Positions 1 through 12,559 of a stretch of DNA of 64,000 nt are shown here, in pieces. Source of the stretch: the human T2T-CHM13v2.0 reference genome, Homo sapiens; assembly GCF_009914755.1 (NCBI RefSeq), contig NC_060940.1. One strand, written 5' to 3'. Under the pieces are notes generated by a model. The model saw only the letters and a list, made by a program, of their open reading frames with translations. It made no database searches and had not been told where the DNA came from. The translations under genes and the position numbers were made by a program. The number at the start of each line of letters is the position of its first letter. Positions within the stretch are counted from its first letter, which is position 1.

Positions 1-80
1 GCCATAGTGCTGAGTAATTGCTACCACAAATCAGGCTGAATGGCACCAAAGCCTGAAATATTTACTATCTGGATCTTTAC
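1..80 (+). mobile_element. MER58-like hAT-Charlie fragment (3' part, truncated)
   Basis: GAGTAATTGC...AAAGCCTGAAATATTTACTATCTGG resembles the MER58 terminal region; the terminal inverted repeat is missing. Confidence 0.55.
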
Positions 81-163
81 TACAAACAATCGAACTACAA
101 ACAATGTTCCTGTTAACAACGATGGCTAGATTTTCTAGGAAGGTTGGAGTATGGCTTGAAAGA

Positions 164-350
164 TTTCATTTATTCATTCAAGTATTCAGTCAGTCAGTCA
201 ACAAATATTTTCCCAAAGGACAGTCATGTACTAAAAGCTGTGCTAAGTACTAATTATCTGATACTGAACAAAAGACACACACACCCTCCCAAGATACTTA
301 AAACCTGTCGGAGACATAGACGTTAAACAAATAACTACATATTTGTGCCA
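164..350 (-). mobile_element. L2 3' end fragment
   Basis: TTCATTTATTCATTCA...CAACAAATATTT...TGTGCTAAG...TGAACAAAAGAC pattern of the L2 3' end. Confidence 0.55.
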
Positions 351-399
351 TGCTAAGCTGAGACAAACTCAGTGTTGGAGAATTCAAGAAGCTATTAAG

Positions 400-880
400 G
401 TATATCTTCTGGTTCCTCCAGAAGCGCACCTGTGATAAGGGTGCAAAGGTAATTAGTTTACCGGGAAGATGGTCCCAGGAAGTACCAGCAGGGGTGTGGG
501 GAGGTGATGCAGGGAAGGGAAGGACCCCAGTAAGAGTGGGTAATTGAGCAAGTGCCTTTGTGGCCCTCTGAGGACCTCAGTGACACAGTGGAGAATGTCC
601 CGCAGCTATCTCATCACTCAAGGGCAAGAGAGGAGAACTGTTAACCCCATCCCTATCATTGGTTGAGGGCTGCTCCCCTGACGTATTTACTATCTAGATC
701 TTTACAGAAAAGACTGTTGCAGGGCATGAGGTATCTTGCCCTGATCTGGTGGAATTGCCTTCATGCCAGAAAAAAACACCCTTGGACAGAGAATTGCAGG
801 TGATCCCTAAGCAGCTGTCTCTGTGCAGAGGTGAATACAGAAGGAATAAGGGTGTCTGGGTTTAGGGTCGCATTTGAGCT
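400..880. mobile_element. ERVL LTR (LTR33-like)
   Basis: CCAGAAGC...GGTCCCAGGAAG...CAGGGAAGGGAAGG...TCATTGGTTGAGGGCTGCTCCC...CAGAGAATTGCAGGTG. Confidence 0.55.
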
Positions 881-911
881 GCCCTGAGGTCCAAATGAAG
901 AGTAGAAGCTG

Positions 912-1062
912 GGCTGGGCAAGGTATCTCACACCTGTAATCCCAGCAGTTTGGGAGGCTGAGGCAGGGGGATCTCTTGTGGCCAGGAGTTCAAGACCAGC
1001 TTGAGCAGCACAGCGAGATCCTATCTCCACAAAAATAAAAAATTAAAAAGAAGAAAAGAAAA
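912..1062 (+). mobile_element. Alu left monomer (FLAM_C-like)
   Basis: Single Alu arm with A-rich tail; TAGAAG(C/T)TG flanks both sides. Confidence 0.85.
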
Positions 1063-1552
1063 ATAGAAGTTGACTAGTTGGAGGGGCCTTAGAGAGGACT
1101 ATTCCTGAAGAGGAGACCTGTGCCCCTCCCCCTAGGCACAACAAGCTGCTCTTTCCTTGGGGTTCTGAGAATTTCTTACCTCTATCAAGACACCTACTTG
1201 AGGAGGTTTGCTCAGTTGTCTGGTTGGAGAGGATAGTTCGTGCCAAATCCATTATTCTGGGCCCAGGGCCTAGTTCTGTAGCCAGCACAGAGTGGGATAA
1301 CAGAGAATGAAGGGTCAGCCTCCTTCCAGCATTGCTGGCTACCAAGAGCTCAAGCTCATCCTCCTTTTGTCTAGTGCTTCCTACAAACAACTCCTAAGGG
1401 TGCCAGGGCTATGAACTATGGGAGATGGATGCCCTGCCAGCATGTAGGGCAGAGAGGAGGGAGGAGCTCGGGCTCAGGAAAGTCTTGGTTACAGAGGACA
1501 TGATCTAGGTATTGGCTTTTGTCTGACCACTGACTTCTTCTGTGTGTTACAG

Positions 1553-2268
1553 CACCTGTTCCCAAAGTGAGGTCAGGGAACCCCTGGGAGTTCCTAAAAG
1601 CTGCCCACGATTTTCAAGTGCTACTAAAACATTATTTGCCTTTCTTACTATCATTCTCTTATGAGTGTACAGGTAAGTTTGCCAGAGGCTACATGATGCG
1701 GGGTGACCCACTGGATTAGTACAGGAGCAAACAGAATCCAGCTGCCCTCTGTTAAGAAAGACAGTAAAAAACTGTGAAAATGTACAATGCCACACATCTC
1801 ATTAAATTGGCTTTATGTAAATATGTAGATATTTACCTAAATAAAACTGTGTATAAATGTTTCTGTAAATATGCAGCAGGTTTGTTATTGTTATTTTAAT
1901 TTAATTATGGAATAATTATTTCTTATTAATAGATATAACCTACTTAAACAGAAGTTTTCTCAATAAGGATAATTTTTTAATGGTGTCCTGGCTGGTCAGA
2001 CTCCCTAGGCTGAAGCAATTCTCGTGCCTCAGCCTCCTGAGTACCTGGGACCACAGGCTTGTACCACAATGCCCAGCTGATTTTTGTATTTTTAGTAGAG
2101 ATAGGGTTTCACCATGTTGGTCAGGCTGGTCTCAAATTCCTGGACTCAAGCAATCCACTCACCTCAGCCTCCTAAAGCACCGGGATTACAGGCGCAAACC
2201 ACGGCGCCTGGCCCTAAAAGATAATTTTAAAAGATAGTTCTGAGGCCAAAATGTTTGAGGACAGCCAT
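1553..2268. mobile_element. hAT-Charlie DNA transposon (Charlie1b-like), interrupted by an Alu
   Basis: TTCCCAAAGTG...TTATTTGCCTT...CCAGAGGCTACATGA...AGAATCCAGCTG...TGAGGCCAAAATGTTTGAG. Confidence 0.6.
2000..2213 (-). mobile_element. Alu (J/S-type), lacking its 3' end
   Basis: Antisense left arm, A-rich linker and part of the right arm; GATAATTTT on both flanks. Confidence 0.85.
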
Positions 2269-2438
2269 GCTCAGGAATTCTTCAACATGTGAATCATAAC
2301 AGGGCAGAGCCCTCATCCTGCTGTGGATGTTAAGGTGGCTGGCCAACCACCTTCCCAGTTGTTGCTGCAACTGGGATGTGGTTGTATGACCTGGGTCCAG
2401 CCAAATGGATGTTTCTAGGCCTGTCTTGGATCGAGAGC

Positions 2439-3280
2439 TGTTAGAAATGGCAAAAGCGTTCTTCCTACTCTCACAGAGTCACTCAACACAACGCTTCTTG
2501 CAACAGATGTGTGGGAGGTTTTCCTCACACACCAAACAATCTATCCTCAGGTTGAGGGCTCAGTTCCAAAGACTGCCCCCCACTCCAGATGTCAATTTCA
2601 AGCCCCAGATTGATTTACCTGTGCTTCTGACCAACTGGCTAGAAATCAGGATCCCCACAACCCCCTCCTCAGGTTCAGTTAGTACACTAGAGTGGCTCAC
2701 AGAACCCAGGGAATCGCTTTACTTACATTTACCCATTTATCCTAAAGCATGTTACAAAGGACGCAGGTAAAGAAACAGAAGAAAGAGAGCACAGACCAAG
2801 GCACAGGGAAAGGGGTGTGGAGTGTCTATGTCCCCTTTGGCTGTACCACCCTTCAGGACTCTCCTCATGCTCAGCAATTTGGAGGCACTCCGAACCCTGT
2901 CCTTTTGGGTCTTAATGGAAACTTCATTACATAGACATTTTTCATTAAACCATTGACCATTGGTGATCAACTCAACCTTTAGCCCCTCTCCTCTCCCCAG
3001 AGGTTGGAAGATGGGGCTGAAAATTTCTACACTGCCTCTAATCCTTCCTTGGTCTTTCTGGTGACCAGCCCCTATCCTGACACTACCCAGGGCCACCGGC
3101 CACCAGTCACCTCATTAGCATACAAAGGATGCTGTCATCACTCTGGTGATTCCAAGGGCTTTAAGAGCTGGGCCAAGTAATTAGGAAGAAGACCAACTAT
3201 TAATACATCTATCTAAATATACATCTATGTACAGCTATGTAGATAGATATAGATATCTTATTACAAATCACAAGATCATA
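2439..3280 (-). mobile_element. MER21-family LTR
   Basis: GGTTGAGGGCTCAG...AAGACTGCCCCCCACT...CTAGAGTGGCTCACAGAAC...CCATTGGTGATCAACTCAACC...GAAGACCAA. Confidence 0.75.
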
Positions 3281-3504
3281 GGAGCTAACGATCCCAAGTA
3301 GGGCACAGAGTAGAGGTGTTCTGACAGTGGGAGCCACAACCTGATTAAAGGTCAGTGGAGCCCACAGGGCTGCAACGGTGACCCAGTTTTCCTGGTGGTA
3401 TCTTCCCTGGACAAGGACTGTGGCATGATTCAGCTGTGTCCTGGCTACTGCCTGGTCTCCTCTCTCTGAGCCATTGTCCAAGCCTGTTTCTCTAGTCAGC
3501 CTGG

Positions 3505-3675
3505 CAATGCAGTGTGAGCTTGGGCAACTTGCTTGTCCCCTCTCTGCCCCAGTGGAAATAATAAAGACAACCATCCCATAACTTGATTGTAAAGACCATA
3601 AAGATTAAATGAAATAATACACATCGCATGCTTAGTGTCTGGCAAGTAATAATATCTCAACATGTTAGTTGCTGT
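3505..3675 (+). mobile_element. MIR
   Basis: TGTGAGCTTGGGCAA...GATTAAATGAAATAAT...GTGTCTGGCA...ATGTTAG. Confidence 0.65.
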
Positions 3676-3678
3676 TAA

Positions 3679-3711
3679 GATGATAATGATGATGATGATG
3701 ATGATGGTGAT
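3679..3711. repeat. (GAT)n microsatellite
   Basis: Directly visible. Confidence 0.9.
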
Positions 3712-4264
3712 TGTTATCCTTATGATGATTTGCCATCAGTAGCTTTATTGTTTTATTGTGGAGTCATTGATGAGGACCTCTTGGGACCCAAGGCCTTGGC
3801 CCTGACCTTGGCACTCTATGCAGAGGTGTAGATGGCACTAGCCAGGAACATTCTTCCCGTAATTCCTCTGCTCCTTACATCAGAAAAAGTTGGTTTCTGT
3901 TGCCTGCAACTGAGAATGGGGATTGATCCAGAGAAAACCAGATTCTATCCCATTCAACAGGTCTCCATCGAAGAGCCAGTACTTACCCATATATTATGTA
4001 TAATATTTACACAATGTTCTTTCTTATAGTAGCTCACATTTTTACTTAAATGAATTTGCATTAGAAGTTTGATGTACTCGTTTTTACTTTTCTCCTGACT
4101 CACACTGAAGTCAATGCACAATCATTTAGCAAGATCTCTTGGTCTCCATACACTCTAAAATCCTTTCCCCTACCACGAGCACCACAATTTGGGGAAATCT
4201 GCTCTGATTGTCTTGGCTTCCTGAGTAGGGTGGTAGAGTAGGACAGATGGGTGTCATGATTTTG

Positions 4265-4375
4265 TCCCTCAGTCCTAATTTCTTCAACAGAAAAATGAGA
4301 TAGTTATAGCTTTTCTATGGGTATTGGGACAATTGAATGAAATAACAAATGCAAAGTGCATGGCCAGAAGTCTTG
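4265..4375 (+). mobile_element. MIR fragment
   Basis: TTTCTTCAACAGAAAAATGAGATA...TGAATGAAATAACAAATGCAAAGTGC. Confidence 0.5.
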
Positions 4376-4547
4376 TGTCCAATAGGGTCTAGATAGAAGT
4401 TTCCTTCCTCCTTCAACAGGTGACATTTTTCCATGTGACTGCTGCCCAAACCTTGCCTCTCACAGTATGGTTCTACTCTCCCTTCTATACCCTGCACTCT
4501 AAGACCCCAGGCTCCCTCATGAAGAAATAGAAAGGCCTGGGAACCCA

Positions 4548-4974
4548 GAAGAGGAGAAGCTGAAGAAGACGATGAGGGAAGGAGGAGAAGAACAGGAAGG
4601 AGGGAGGAAGGGGAGGAGGGGTGAGGAGGGAAAGAGAAGAGGGAGAAGGTAGAAGAGAAGGGGAAAGGAGGATGAGGAGAGGGGAGAGGGGAGAGGAGTA
4701 GGTAGGGAGAGGAAGAAAGAGGGAGAGGGAAGGAAGAAAAGAGAGGAAGAGAAGGATGGAGGGTTGGGGAAGAAGGAGATGGAGAGGAGGGGGAAGGAAG
4801 AGAGGAAGAGAGTAAATCAGAAGGGAGGAGGAGAGGAGGACAGGAAGGAAGAGGTGAAGATGGAGAGAAAGGAGAAAAGGAGGGAGGAGGAAGGGAGTAT
4901 AAAGAGGGACGAGGAAGACAAGGAGAGGAAGGAAGAGGAAGAGGAGGGGGAGGAATGAGGAAGAGGAAGGAGAA
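4548..4974. repeat. GA-rich polypurine low-complexity tract
   Basis: About 420 bp almost entirely G and A. Confidence 0.95.
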
Positions 4975-5059
4975 CTAAGTTTTTAGCCTGAGGCCATTCA
5001 GTGCTTAGCTCCACTCCTTTCCCTTCCCCACCCCGCGTCTACTCAGACCTTGGCTTCCT

Positions 5060-5505
5060 TTCCAGAAATGTCCAACAGTTCACATTTAATTACTTCATAA
5101 AAAAACTGGAAAATAGAAGAGGAAGAGTTAAATGTTCTCCTAAAAGGAGGAAGCTGCAGCTAATCCCAATTAGGAGGAAGTCCCAGGCTATTGAAACGCT
5201 ACAATCCAATTACATCAGGTAAAATGAATTACTCCTTTAATGCTGACTTATTATGAAGACACCTTCTTATTGCTCTCATTAATAATCTTTAGACATCATT
5301 TTAGCGCATATTGGCTGCAATAACATTTCTATTAGCATCATGGTGGAGCAGGGCTGACAATTAAAATAAAAAATAAATCAACCCAAGGAGCGAACAAACG
5401 TAATTATAGTTCAGAGAGAGCTTTTATGTGTATTTGATTAGTCAAGGGGACAGCGCCTCCCTTCTTGCCTTAAATTTGAGTTAGCCTCAATCTATGCAAA
5501 TTCCT
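5060..5505. promoter_or_regulatory. Candidate conserved non-coding element / enhancer
   Basis: Repeat-free; dense TAAT/ATTA sites, TAATCC, ATAAATCA (5373-5380), octamer ATGCAAAT (5494-5501). Confidence 0.4.
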
Positions 5506-5520
5506 GGGGTTGGGGAAGAG

Positions 5521-5528
<8 letters not shown>

Positions 5529-5561
<33 letters not shown>
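5529..5561. repeat. (GT)16 microsatellite
   Basis: Directly visible. Confidence 0.95.
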
Positions 5562-5562
<1 letters not shown>

Positions 5563-5871
5563 TCATGTGTGCAAGGGTAGGGGCTTGTCCATCAGCTAAT
5601 GGTTCAGACCCCAGGCCCTGGCTTGCTGTGTGTCTATGCAAGCTCCTTCTCCTCTCTGGGGCTCAGTTTCCCCATCTCCGAAATTGGAAATTTTCAAATT
5701 TTATAATTTATGAATATCTACTTTAATCTAGGGTTCTACAAAATTTTTCCACTCAAGTGGACTAAAGATCCCCAAATACTGAATGCTAGGTGGCAGAGGC
5801 CAAAAGAAGAAAAGTTGTTATTTCCACAATGGCTGCTATTATATATGCCTGGAGTTTGGTGTCTTCTCAAG

Positions 5872-6058
5872 CAGAAATTCTCAACTGGGGGCAGGTTGCT
5901 TCACAGGAGACTTTGTTGAGCAGGAGGGCGGAGCTCCTGGCATCTCATGGGTGGAGACCAAGGATGCTGCTGAACATCCTACAGTGCCCAGGACAGTACC
6001 CATCAAAGGAGAGATATCCAACTCCAAGTATTCATCGTGCCGAGGCTGAAAATCCATT
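5872..6058 (+). mobile_element. MER20 (hAT-Charlie)
   Basis: TTCTCAACTGGGGGC...CTGGCATCT...GGATGCTGCTGAACATCCTACAGTGC...GTGCCGAGGCTGA. Confidence 0.8.
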
Positions 6059-6527
6059 TCAAATCCTTCCTCCGACTGCATATCTTTGCACAGTTGGGAC
6101 CAGACTTCCAGGGCAGCCTTGACAGATACCAAACCTCTTTAGCCTCCTCGATGAGATGACCTCCTTCACCAAGTACAACAGGAAAATTCAGCAGAGGATT
6201 GAAGTTTCACTTAAATACAGTAATATTAAATTCTCAAGTAATTGTGTATATAGTCTCAAATAGTTATATGTAATATACACACACAAATGAGCTTGTATCC
6301 ATCAATGACCTGAGCTCTACCCCTTACTCAGACCTCAATTCCCTTTCCAGAAACTTTAGATACACAGACATATTTTATATATATATATATGAGATATATA
6401 TGTAATGCCTCATATATATAGATATATAATGCATCGTGTGTTTGTGTATGTATAAATATTTATAACCTAACACTTATTTAAGGTACTATGAAAGAAGGAA
6501 TAAGGCACACTGACTAAGGTAAAGTGA

Positions 6528-6685
6528 TTTTTTTTTTCAGAGCCAAGGTCTCATTCTCTCACTAAGTTAGAGTGTGGTGGCTCAATCATAGCTCATTGAG
6601 GTCTCAAACTCCTGCTCTCAAGCGATCCTCCCGCCTCAGTCCTCCAAAGAGCTGAGATTACAAGCACGAGCCATTGTGCCAGGCC
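6528..6685 (-). mobile_element. Alu monomer (FRAM/FAM-like)
   Basis: Poly(T) followed by a single antisense Alu arm. Confidence 0.8.
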
Positions 6686-7265
6686 ATAATTTTAGATCAA
6701 TAAGAAATGTGCACCTAGAAGGTCCTTGGGTAAACTGCCAGTGCTGGGATTTTGCCTATGTCTTCTGGAACCCTAAGATTTGGTGAAAGCCATGCTGCTT
6801 CCAGGGATTTCTCAAACATTTGATTGAAAATTATTTTTTAAAACATAGGTTTAGCTATTTTAAGAACTGTAATATAAAAAAATCCCTATAACTCTCAAGA
6901 TGTTGGATACCAAATTTAATATACCTGGGACCACCAAGTCATTAACATGCACTGCCAGGCATAGTCATTCTTGGACAGGCTGAACTGAAGCCTCTCTTTC
7001 CAGATCTACGTAAGTGACCAGAATTTGAAAATTGAGTTGTTCATAGCTACTCCTCTGAGGGAATCCAGATATTCTTGATACTGAGCAATATTTGAGAAAA
7101 AACTGGATATAAGATTAAAATAAAATTTGTTATTGTCACCCACGATTTCTAATTTCAAATGGAGAAAGGTCTGTTAAATGTGGTCTGTCAAATGAAGAAG
7201 AAGAAATCTGTCCAAAAAAACCCTCCTTGATTGACTTTTAAAAATTAAGTGTTGCATGTGAACTT

Positions 7266-7925
7266 TTTATTAGTTTTCTATTGCTGCATAGCTCTTTACG
7301 AAACACACAGTGGATTAAAATAACACGTGTTCATGATATCAGTTTATTATCCATAGTTTCCAAGACTCAAAAGTCAGAACACAACATAACTGGGTTCCAC
7401 TCTCAGGGTCTCTCAAGGCCAGAATCAAAGTGTTGGTCCCCACGGTGGTCTCAGCTGAAACTTGGGGTCTTCTTCCAAACTCATTCAGGTTGTTGGGAGA
7501 TTTTAGTTCCTGGCAATCACAGGACCAAGGTTTCCATTTTCTTGTTGGCTGGTGGCTAAGGGTTGCTGTCCACTGGTAGAGGCAGCTTCAGGTCCTGGAC
7601 ACATGGCCACCCCATAGGCAGTCCACAACACAGCTGTTTGCTTTTTTCCAAACCAGCAAGAGAGAATCTGCTGCTGCTTCACATCTCTTTTAAGGAGTTG
7701 CCTGATTAGGCCAGGCCCACCCAGGATAATCTCCCTTTTTATTAACTCCGAGTCAGCTGATTAGAGACTTTAATTACACTTGCAAAGTTTTTTTTACCTT
7801 GGCCACACTGCATTGGCTAGAAGCAAATCACATGTTCCACCTGCACCCAAGGAAGGTGATTACACAAGGGGATCACCCCAGTAGATAGAGATCATGAAAG
7901 CCGTTTCAGAAATCTGTCTACCACA
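7266..7925 (-). mobile_element. MaLR LTR (MLT1E-like)
   Basis: TATTAGTTTTCTATTGCTGC start; GGCCCACCCAGGATAATCTCCC; ends TCTACCACA. Confidence 0.75.
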
Positions 7926-9670
7926 GAGGTATAAAATCATTATATGCTAGTAATAAAACAATTTCATTTGTTTCCATTTTATTCAGATGCCACATAAGAT
8001 TTCATCTGAAAATAGCTGGTCTGAATCAACCCTGTCACTCTCCAAGTGGTAAAGAAAGACCCAAAAGTAGAAACTTGCCCAAAGTTAAATAAGCAAGGGC
8101 AATACTAGCATAAGTATGGAATTCTATTGTCGTCAGGCCCCAGGTCATCTACAGGTGAACTAGGATGGAGGCCTTAAAGGTATTTTTTCTGAGCACATGG
8201 TTTTCTGCAAGGTTCTTGGAAGCCCCTTGTAATGTATCTCTCCGGGTGACCCACATACAGTATTATTTCCATTACTGTGGACATAGGTCCTTCATAGCCC
8301 CTGAATTTCCCTTGTGACATTGTTCCTTGTTGAAATGTAATGCTAGGAAAAAATAAGCCACTAATAGAATGCCAGCTCTTAGTGTGCAGGAGTCTCTTAT
8401 CTGAAGACAATGGAAATCAGGACCCTCTTGGGATGGGGGATAGGGAAGAGGGTTGTGATGGAAATGAGGTACAATTGGGCAGGTGCGTTGATCACAGAAT
8501 ATTGGGAAGCGACTCTAATGTAGGGGGGACTGAGTAGGCTTCAAGGAGGAGGCAGGGAACGCCCAAGGCCCTCTTCCTGGCTATGGGTTATCTATGGGGA
8601 GATGGTACTCCCCATCCCCAATACTATGTCTGAGACCTCTAGGAAGCCAAGACCCAGCTGCCTGGAAGTGTGTGGGCTACATTCAGAATCCTACATGGAG
8701 CTGGTTCCTTTTGCTAGAGAATGCAGTGATGTGGCTAGAACGTGTGATGGAGATCTTAGACCTTGGTGGATTCACTATCTGGGTGTTTGGTGAAGAACAG
8801 AGGCCAATTCTACTGGATGTTGGTCCTAGACAAACACTCAGATTATCTGTATTAAAAGTACTATTAATACAGAGACTATTACCTTTAATATTAATAATAG
8901 TATTATTAATACAGAGACTTTCAATAGTAATATTAATATTACCATTACTTAAGGGGTGATGGTAAAATCAGCCCCTCCATTAAAAAGAAAAAAAAGAAAA
9001 AAGCACTACCTGTCAGAATGAGAGAAGGAAAGGGAAAATCTTAACAAATGGCAGATCCTTACTTTGTAACTGGAAAAACCCCAAACACTCTTTAAATATT
9101 TATTATCAGCAGTCTTTCAAACAGCTGTTAAAAATTTTTGAACTACTTTTAACCTACAGAAAAGTTGCAGCAATAGTACAGAGTGGGAACACTTTACATA
9201 CCACACCCTTATGTTAGCATCTTATAGAGCCAGAGTGCAATCACAGTACAAGAATAATCAAATAGCTTCTGAAGTTTGCTTTTCACACTGGCAAGGTCCA
9301 CCTTCCCCTTACCTGCTGAGCATTAGGTGGTCCCCCGTCTATCCCAAATGTCAAGAGACCCCTCTGCCCTGAAGATAGCAAGGCTAACCTTGGAGGAGGT
9401 CTGAAATTATATTTCTCTAAGAAACAGTCTGATGTGTTAAGGAACTGAAATGAGGGAGCCTCCAGCCTCTGACTAGTGAGCGCTCCCTTTCTTTGTTCCC
9501 ACACTTCAGTCCTTATAAACAAGATAATCCTGTTTTAAACTTAAAATTTTAAAATTTGACATCTTCTGATTATAGTTTTTATTTCCCCCACAACAGAATA
9601 TACCTAGTTTGCTCCTAGTTAATCCCACTCAGCTGCGTATACGATCTGCATGAACTTTTCTAAACCTCTT

Positions 9671-10219
9671 TGTATTAATTATCTATTACTGCTTTCAAAG
9701 TACTCAAAAATTCAGCAGCCGAAAACTATAAACACGAATGCTCTCACAGCTTCTGAGAGTCAGGAATGTGGTGGCGACAGCTTAGCTGGGAGGTTCTAAC
9801 TCAGGATTGAGGCTGTGGTCAAGCTGTCCATGGCGGAGTGCAGTCATTTGAAGGGTGGATCGAAGCAGAGGATCTGCTTCCCAGCTCACCCTCATAGTTG
9901 TTAGCAAGAGGCCTCACTTCCTCACCACATGAGCTTCTCCATAAAATAAGACTGCTTGTGACAGGCAGGTGGCTTCTCCCAGAGCAAGTATCCTGAGAGA
10001 GAAAACAAGTCATATGTGAGAGATAGACAGTGTGAGAAAGTAATCAAGACAGAAGCCGAAGTGTCTTTAATTACCTAATCATGATGGTGACATGGTGACA
10101 TGCCACCATCTCTACCATAGTCCATTGGCCAAACAGATCAAGCATGGGAGGTAGTCCGCAATGGCATGGCAACCAGAAAGCAGGGAGCATTTGGGGCTGT
10201 CGTGGAGGCTAGCTATCAT
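9671..10219 (-). mobile_element. MaLR LTR (MLT1F-like)
   Basis: TGTATTAATTATCTATT...CTCACAGCTTCTGAGAGTCAGGAAT...CAGCTTAGCTGGG...GGAGGCTAGCTATCATA. Confidence 0.75.
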
Positions 10220-10224
10220 ACTTC

Positions 10225-10345
10225 CTGTGCCACAGTTTACTCATCTCTAAAATGGGGTTAATGATGATTTAATAAATACGTATATGTAAAAGTGGTTAGA
10301 ATAGTTCCTGGCATATAATAAGCACTAGAGAAATATTAATTATCA
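10225..10345 (+). mobile_element. MIR 3' part (apparently split by the MLT1F-like LTR)
   Basis: CTGTGCCACAGTTTACTCATCTCTAAAATGGGG...TTAGAATAGTTCCTGGCATATAATAAGCAC. Confidence 0.7.
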
Positions 10346-10519
10346 TGACTATCACTATCAATTTTGTTCAGCTGGTAAGTTGCAGAGTAGGAGTCAAAAC
10401 CCTTTAAATTTTTTCTTACTAGCCACTATAAATGCAGGGCCTACAATCTTAAAAATTTAGGCCAGAATAAAAATTATATGCAACAAAATATGAAAACTGC
10501 AATATTATAATTAATACAT

Positions 10520-11400
10520 GCCAGGCTTCCATGTCTGACTGTGAGTTTGTAGAATACTTTTCTATTGAGAATAAATAGGAAAACTGGATCAATTTTTTAA
10601 AAAATACCATTTGAGAGAAACACCAAGCAGCCAAGACACAAGGGATGAATATCTCAACGAAAAGAGAGAAATTTTGGGGGGTAAATTTAACATTCTATAC
10701 CACTCCAAGAAACCTACTAATTCTTAAGTGACGTGGATGAAGAGGCTGGTACTCAATCTCAACTCATCTCAATGCCTGATTGGATTAAGGCAATCTGCTT
10801 CTACTCTGCCTACCAGAAGCTAAACTCCCTGAGACTCCCTGATGGTTCAATAAAAAATTATTAGACACACCAGGAGGCAGAACCAAAACAATAAGAAAGA
10901 CAATAGAACAGACTCACAGGTAATCTAGATATTGAAGTAATCATATACAAACTTTAAAATGACTGTGATTCTTATGTTAAAAAATAGATTTAAGAAATGA
11001 AGAATTTGACCAGAGACTTTGAACCCATATTCAATAAATCAAATGAAAATTCTAGGGCTGGATAATACAACTGTATATGTTTATTAAGAATGCAATAAAT
11101 TGATTTAACAGAAGATTCGACACAGCTGAAAAGAAGATTGAGGGACTGGAAGGTAAGTGGGTAGAAAACATCCACCCTGAAGATTTTCAGAAAGGGAAAA
11201 GAGAAAGAATAAGGAAAAAGCAATATTTAAATATGCTTCAAAAATGGCTGAGAATTTGCCAAAGCTGCAAGAGACATCAAAAGAACACACTCAAGACTTG
11301 CTGTGAGCCACAAGCAGGATTAAATACAAAGAAAAACACACATCATAAAATAACTGCTGAAAACCAAAGACTAAGAGAAAAATCTTAAAAGCATCTGAGG
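10520..11400 (+). mobile_element. Old L1M 5'/ORF1 region, decayed
   Basis: A-rich strand; TTTAACAGAAGATTCGACACAGCTGAA, ATGGCTGAGAATTTGCCAAA, AAAACCAAAGAC...AAAATCTTAAAAGCA ORF1 remnants. Confidence 0.7.
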
Positions 11401-12031
11401 ATACACACACACATGCACTGTCATCTAGTCAACTACATCTCAATTAAAATCTTGAGGTTATTAATATATTTATTTAACTACATTAAATGAAAAATGAGTG
11501 TTCCTTTTAATATGTTTGCTACTAAGTAGGACTACCAACCAGTGTGAAGCTTAGAAGCCTGCCCAGATTCAAATCCAAGACAGCAGACCTGATCCAAAGC
11601 TCCCTTTGGTCTGTGTTGCCTCCTACAAGACCACTTTGCCTCTCTGTTTCCTATCTCCTCGCCTATAAATTGTCCATCCCACAAGATTGTTAAAAATATT
11701 ACATAAGATACTACATATAAAAATTCTATGTAAACTGCAATTCGTGCTTTAAAGGTAAGGTTCCTCTTCTCCAGGAAGCCCTGCCTGATACCAGCACCTC
11801 TGAAACCCCTCTTGGGGCTAAAGACTCTTCCACCCTTCTCTCATTGCACCTGTTCTTACTTTTCCTGCAGCTCTGTAATGAAATGGTTTACTTCCCTACC
11901 TTCCACACTATCAGTGAGGCCCTGGTAGCAAGGTAGAACTAAGTCCGTATTTACAATATCCAAAACATAGTTCTCAAATTAAATATGCATTGACATAGTT
12001 ATAGTGTGGTGGCCCTGAATACTTCTCAATT

Positions 12032-12230
12032 AGCTAACACTTCTGGGAGGTGACCACGTGCCAAGCTTGATGCTAAGAGTTTGCAAACATTTTCACATAT
12101 AATCTTCACAGCAGCCTCAGGGAGATACTATTATTATACCCATTTTATGGACAGAGAAACTGAGGCTTAGAGAAGTGAAGTAAAACATCCAGAGTCAGCG
12201 AGCTAGGAAGTAGAAAAGCCAGGATTACAG
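12032..12230 (-). mobile_element. MIR
   Basis: CCCATTTTATGGACAGAGAAACTGAGGCTTAGAGAAGTGAAGT core. Confidence 0.8.
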
Positions 12231-12559
12231 TCTGTGACCATCAGGCACAACTCTTAGTAATTCTTTTCTTCCACCTGTCACAGGCTGGCCTCTGCGACCT
12301 CAAGGAAAAATAGTTACTTTCACATCCTCACCTACAAATGAGTCCTGAAAGCTGCTGGGGGCCACACACAACTAGAGTACCCCTGAGAGGCACTGGCCAG
12401 GACGACCCCAGCAGCCAGCTGCTCTGGCTGAGAAACTGCAGAGGAACTCAGAGCCTGAGGAGCTCACAATGAATTCCCTTTATACCATCCTAAGAAAGAG
12501 AAATCAAAAATCTGTCTCTTGTCTCCAAAGCTCGAGGTTAAAGAAAAAAATCCCCAGCC

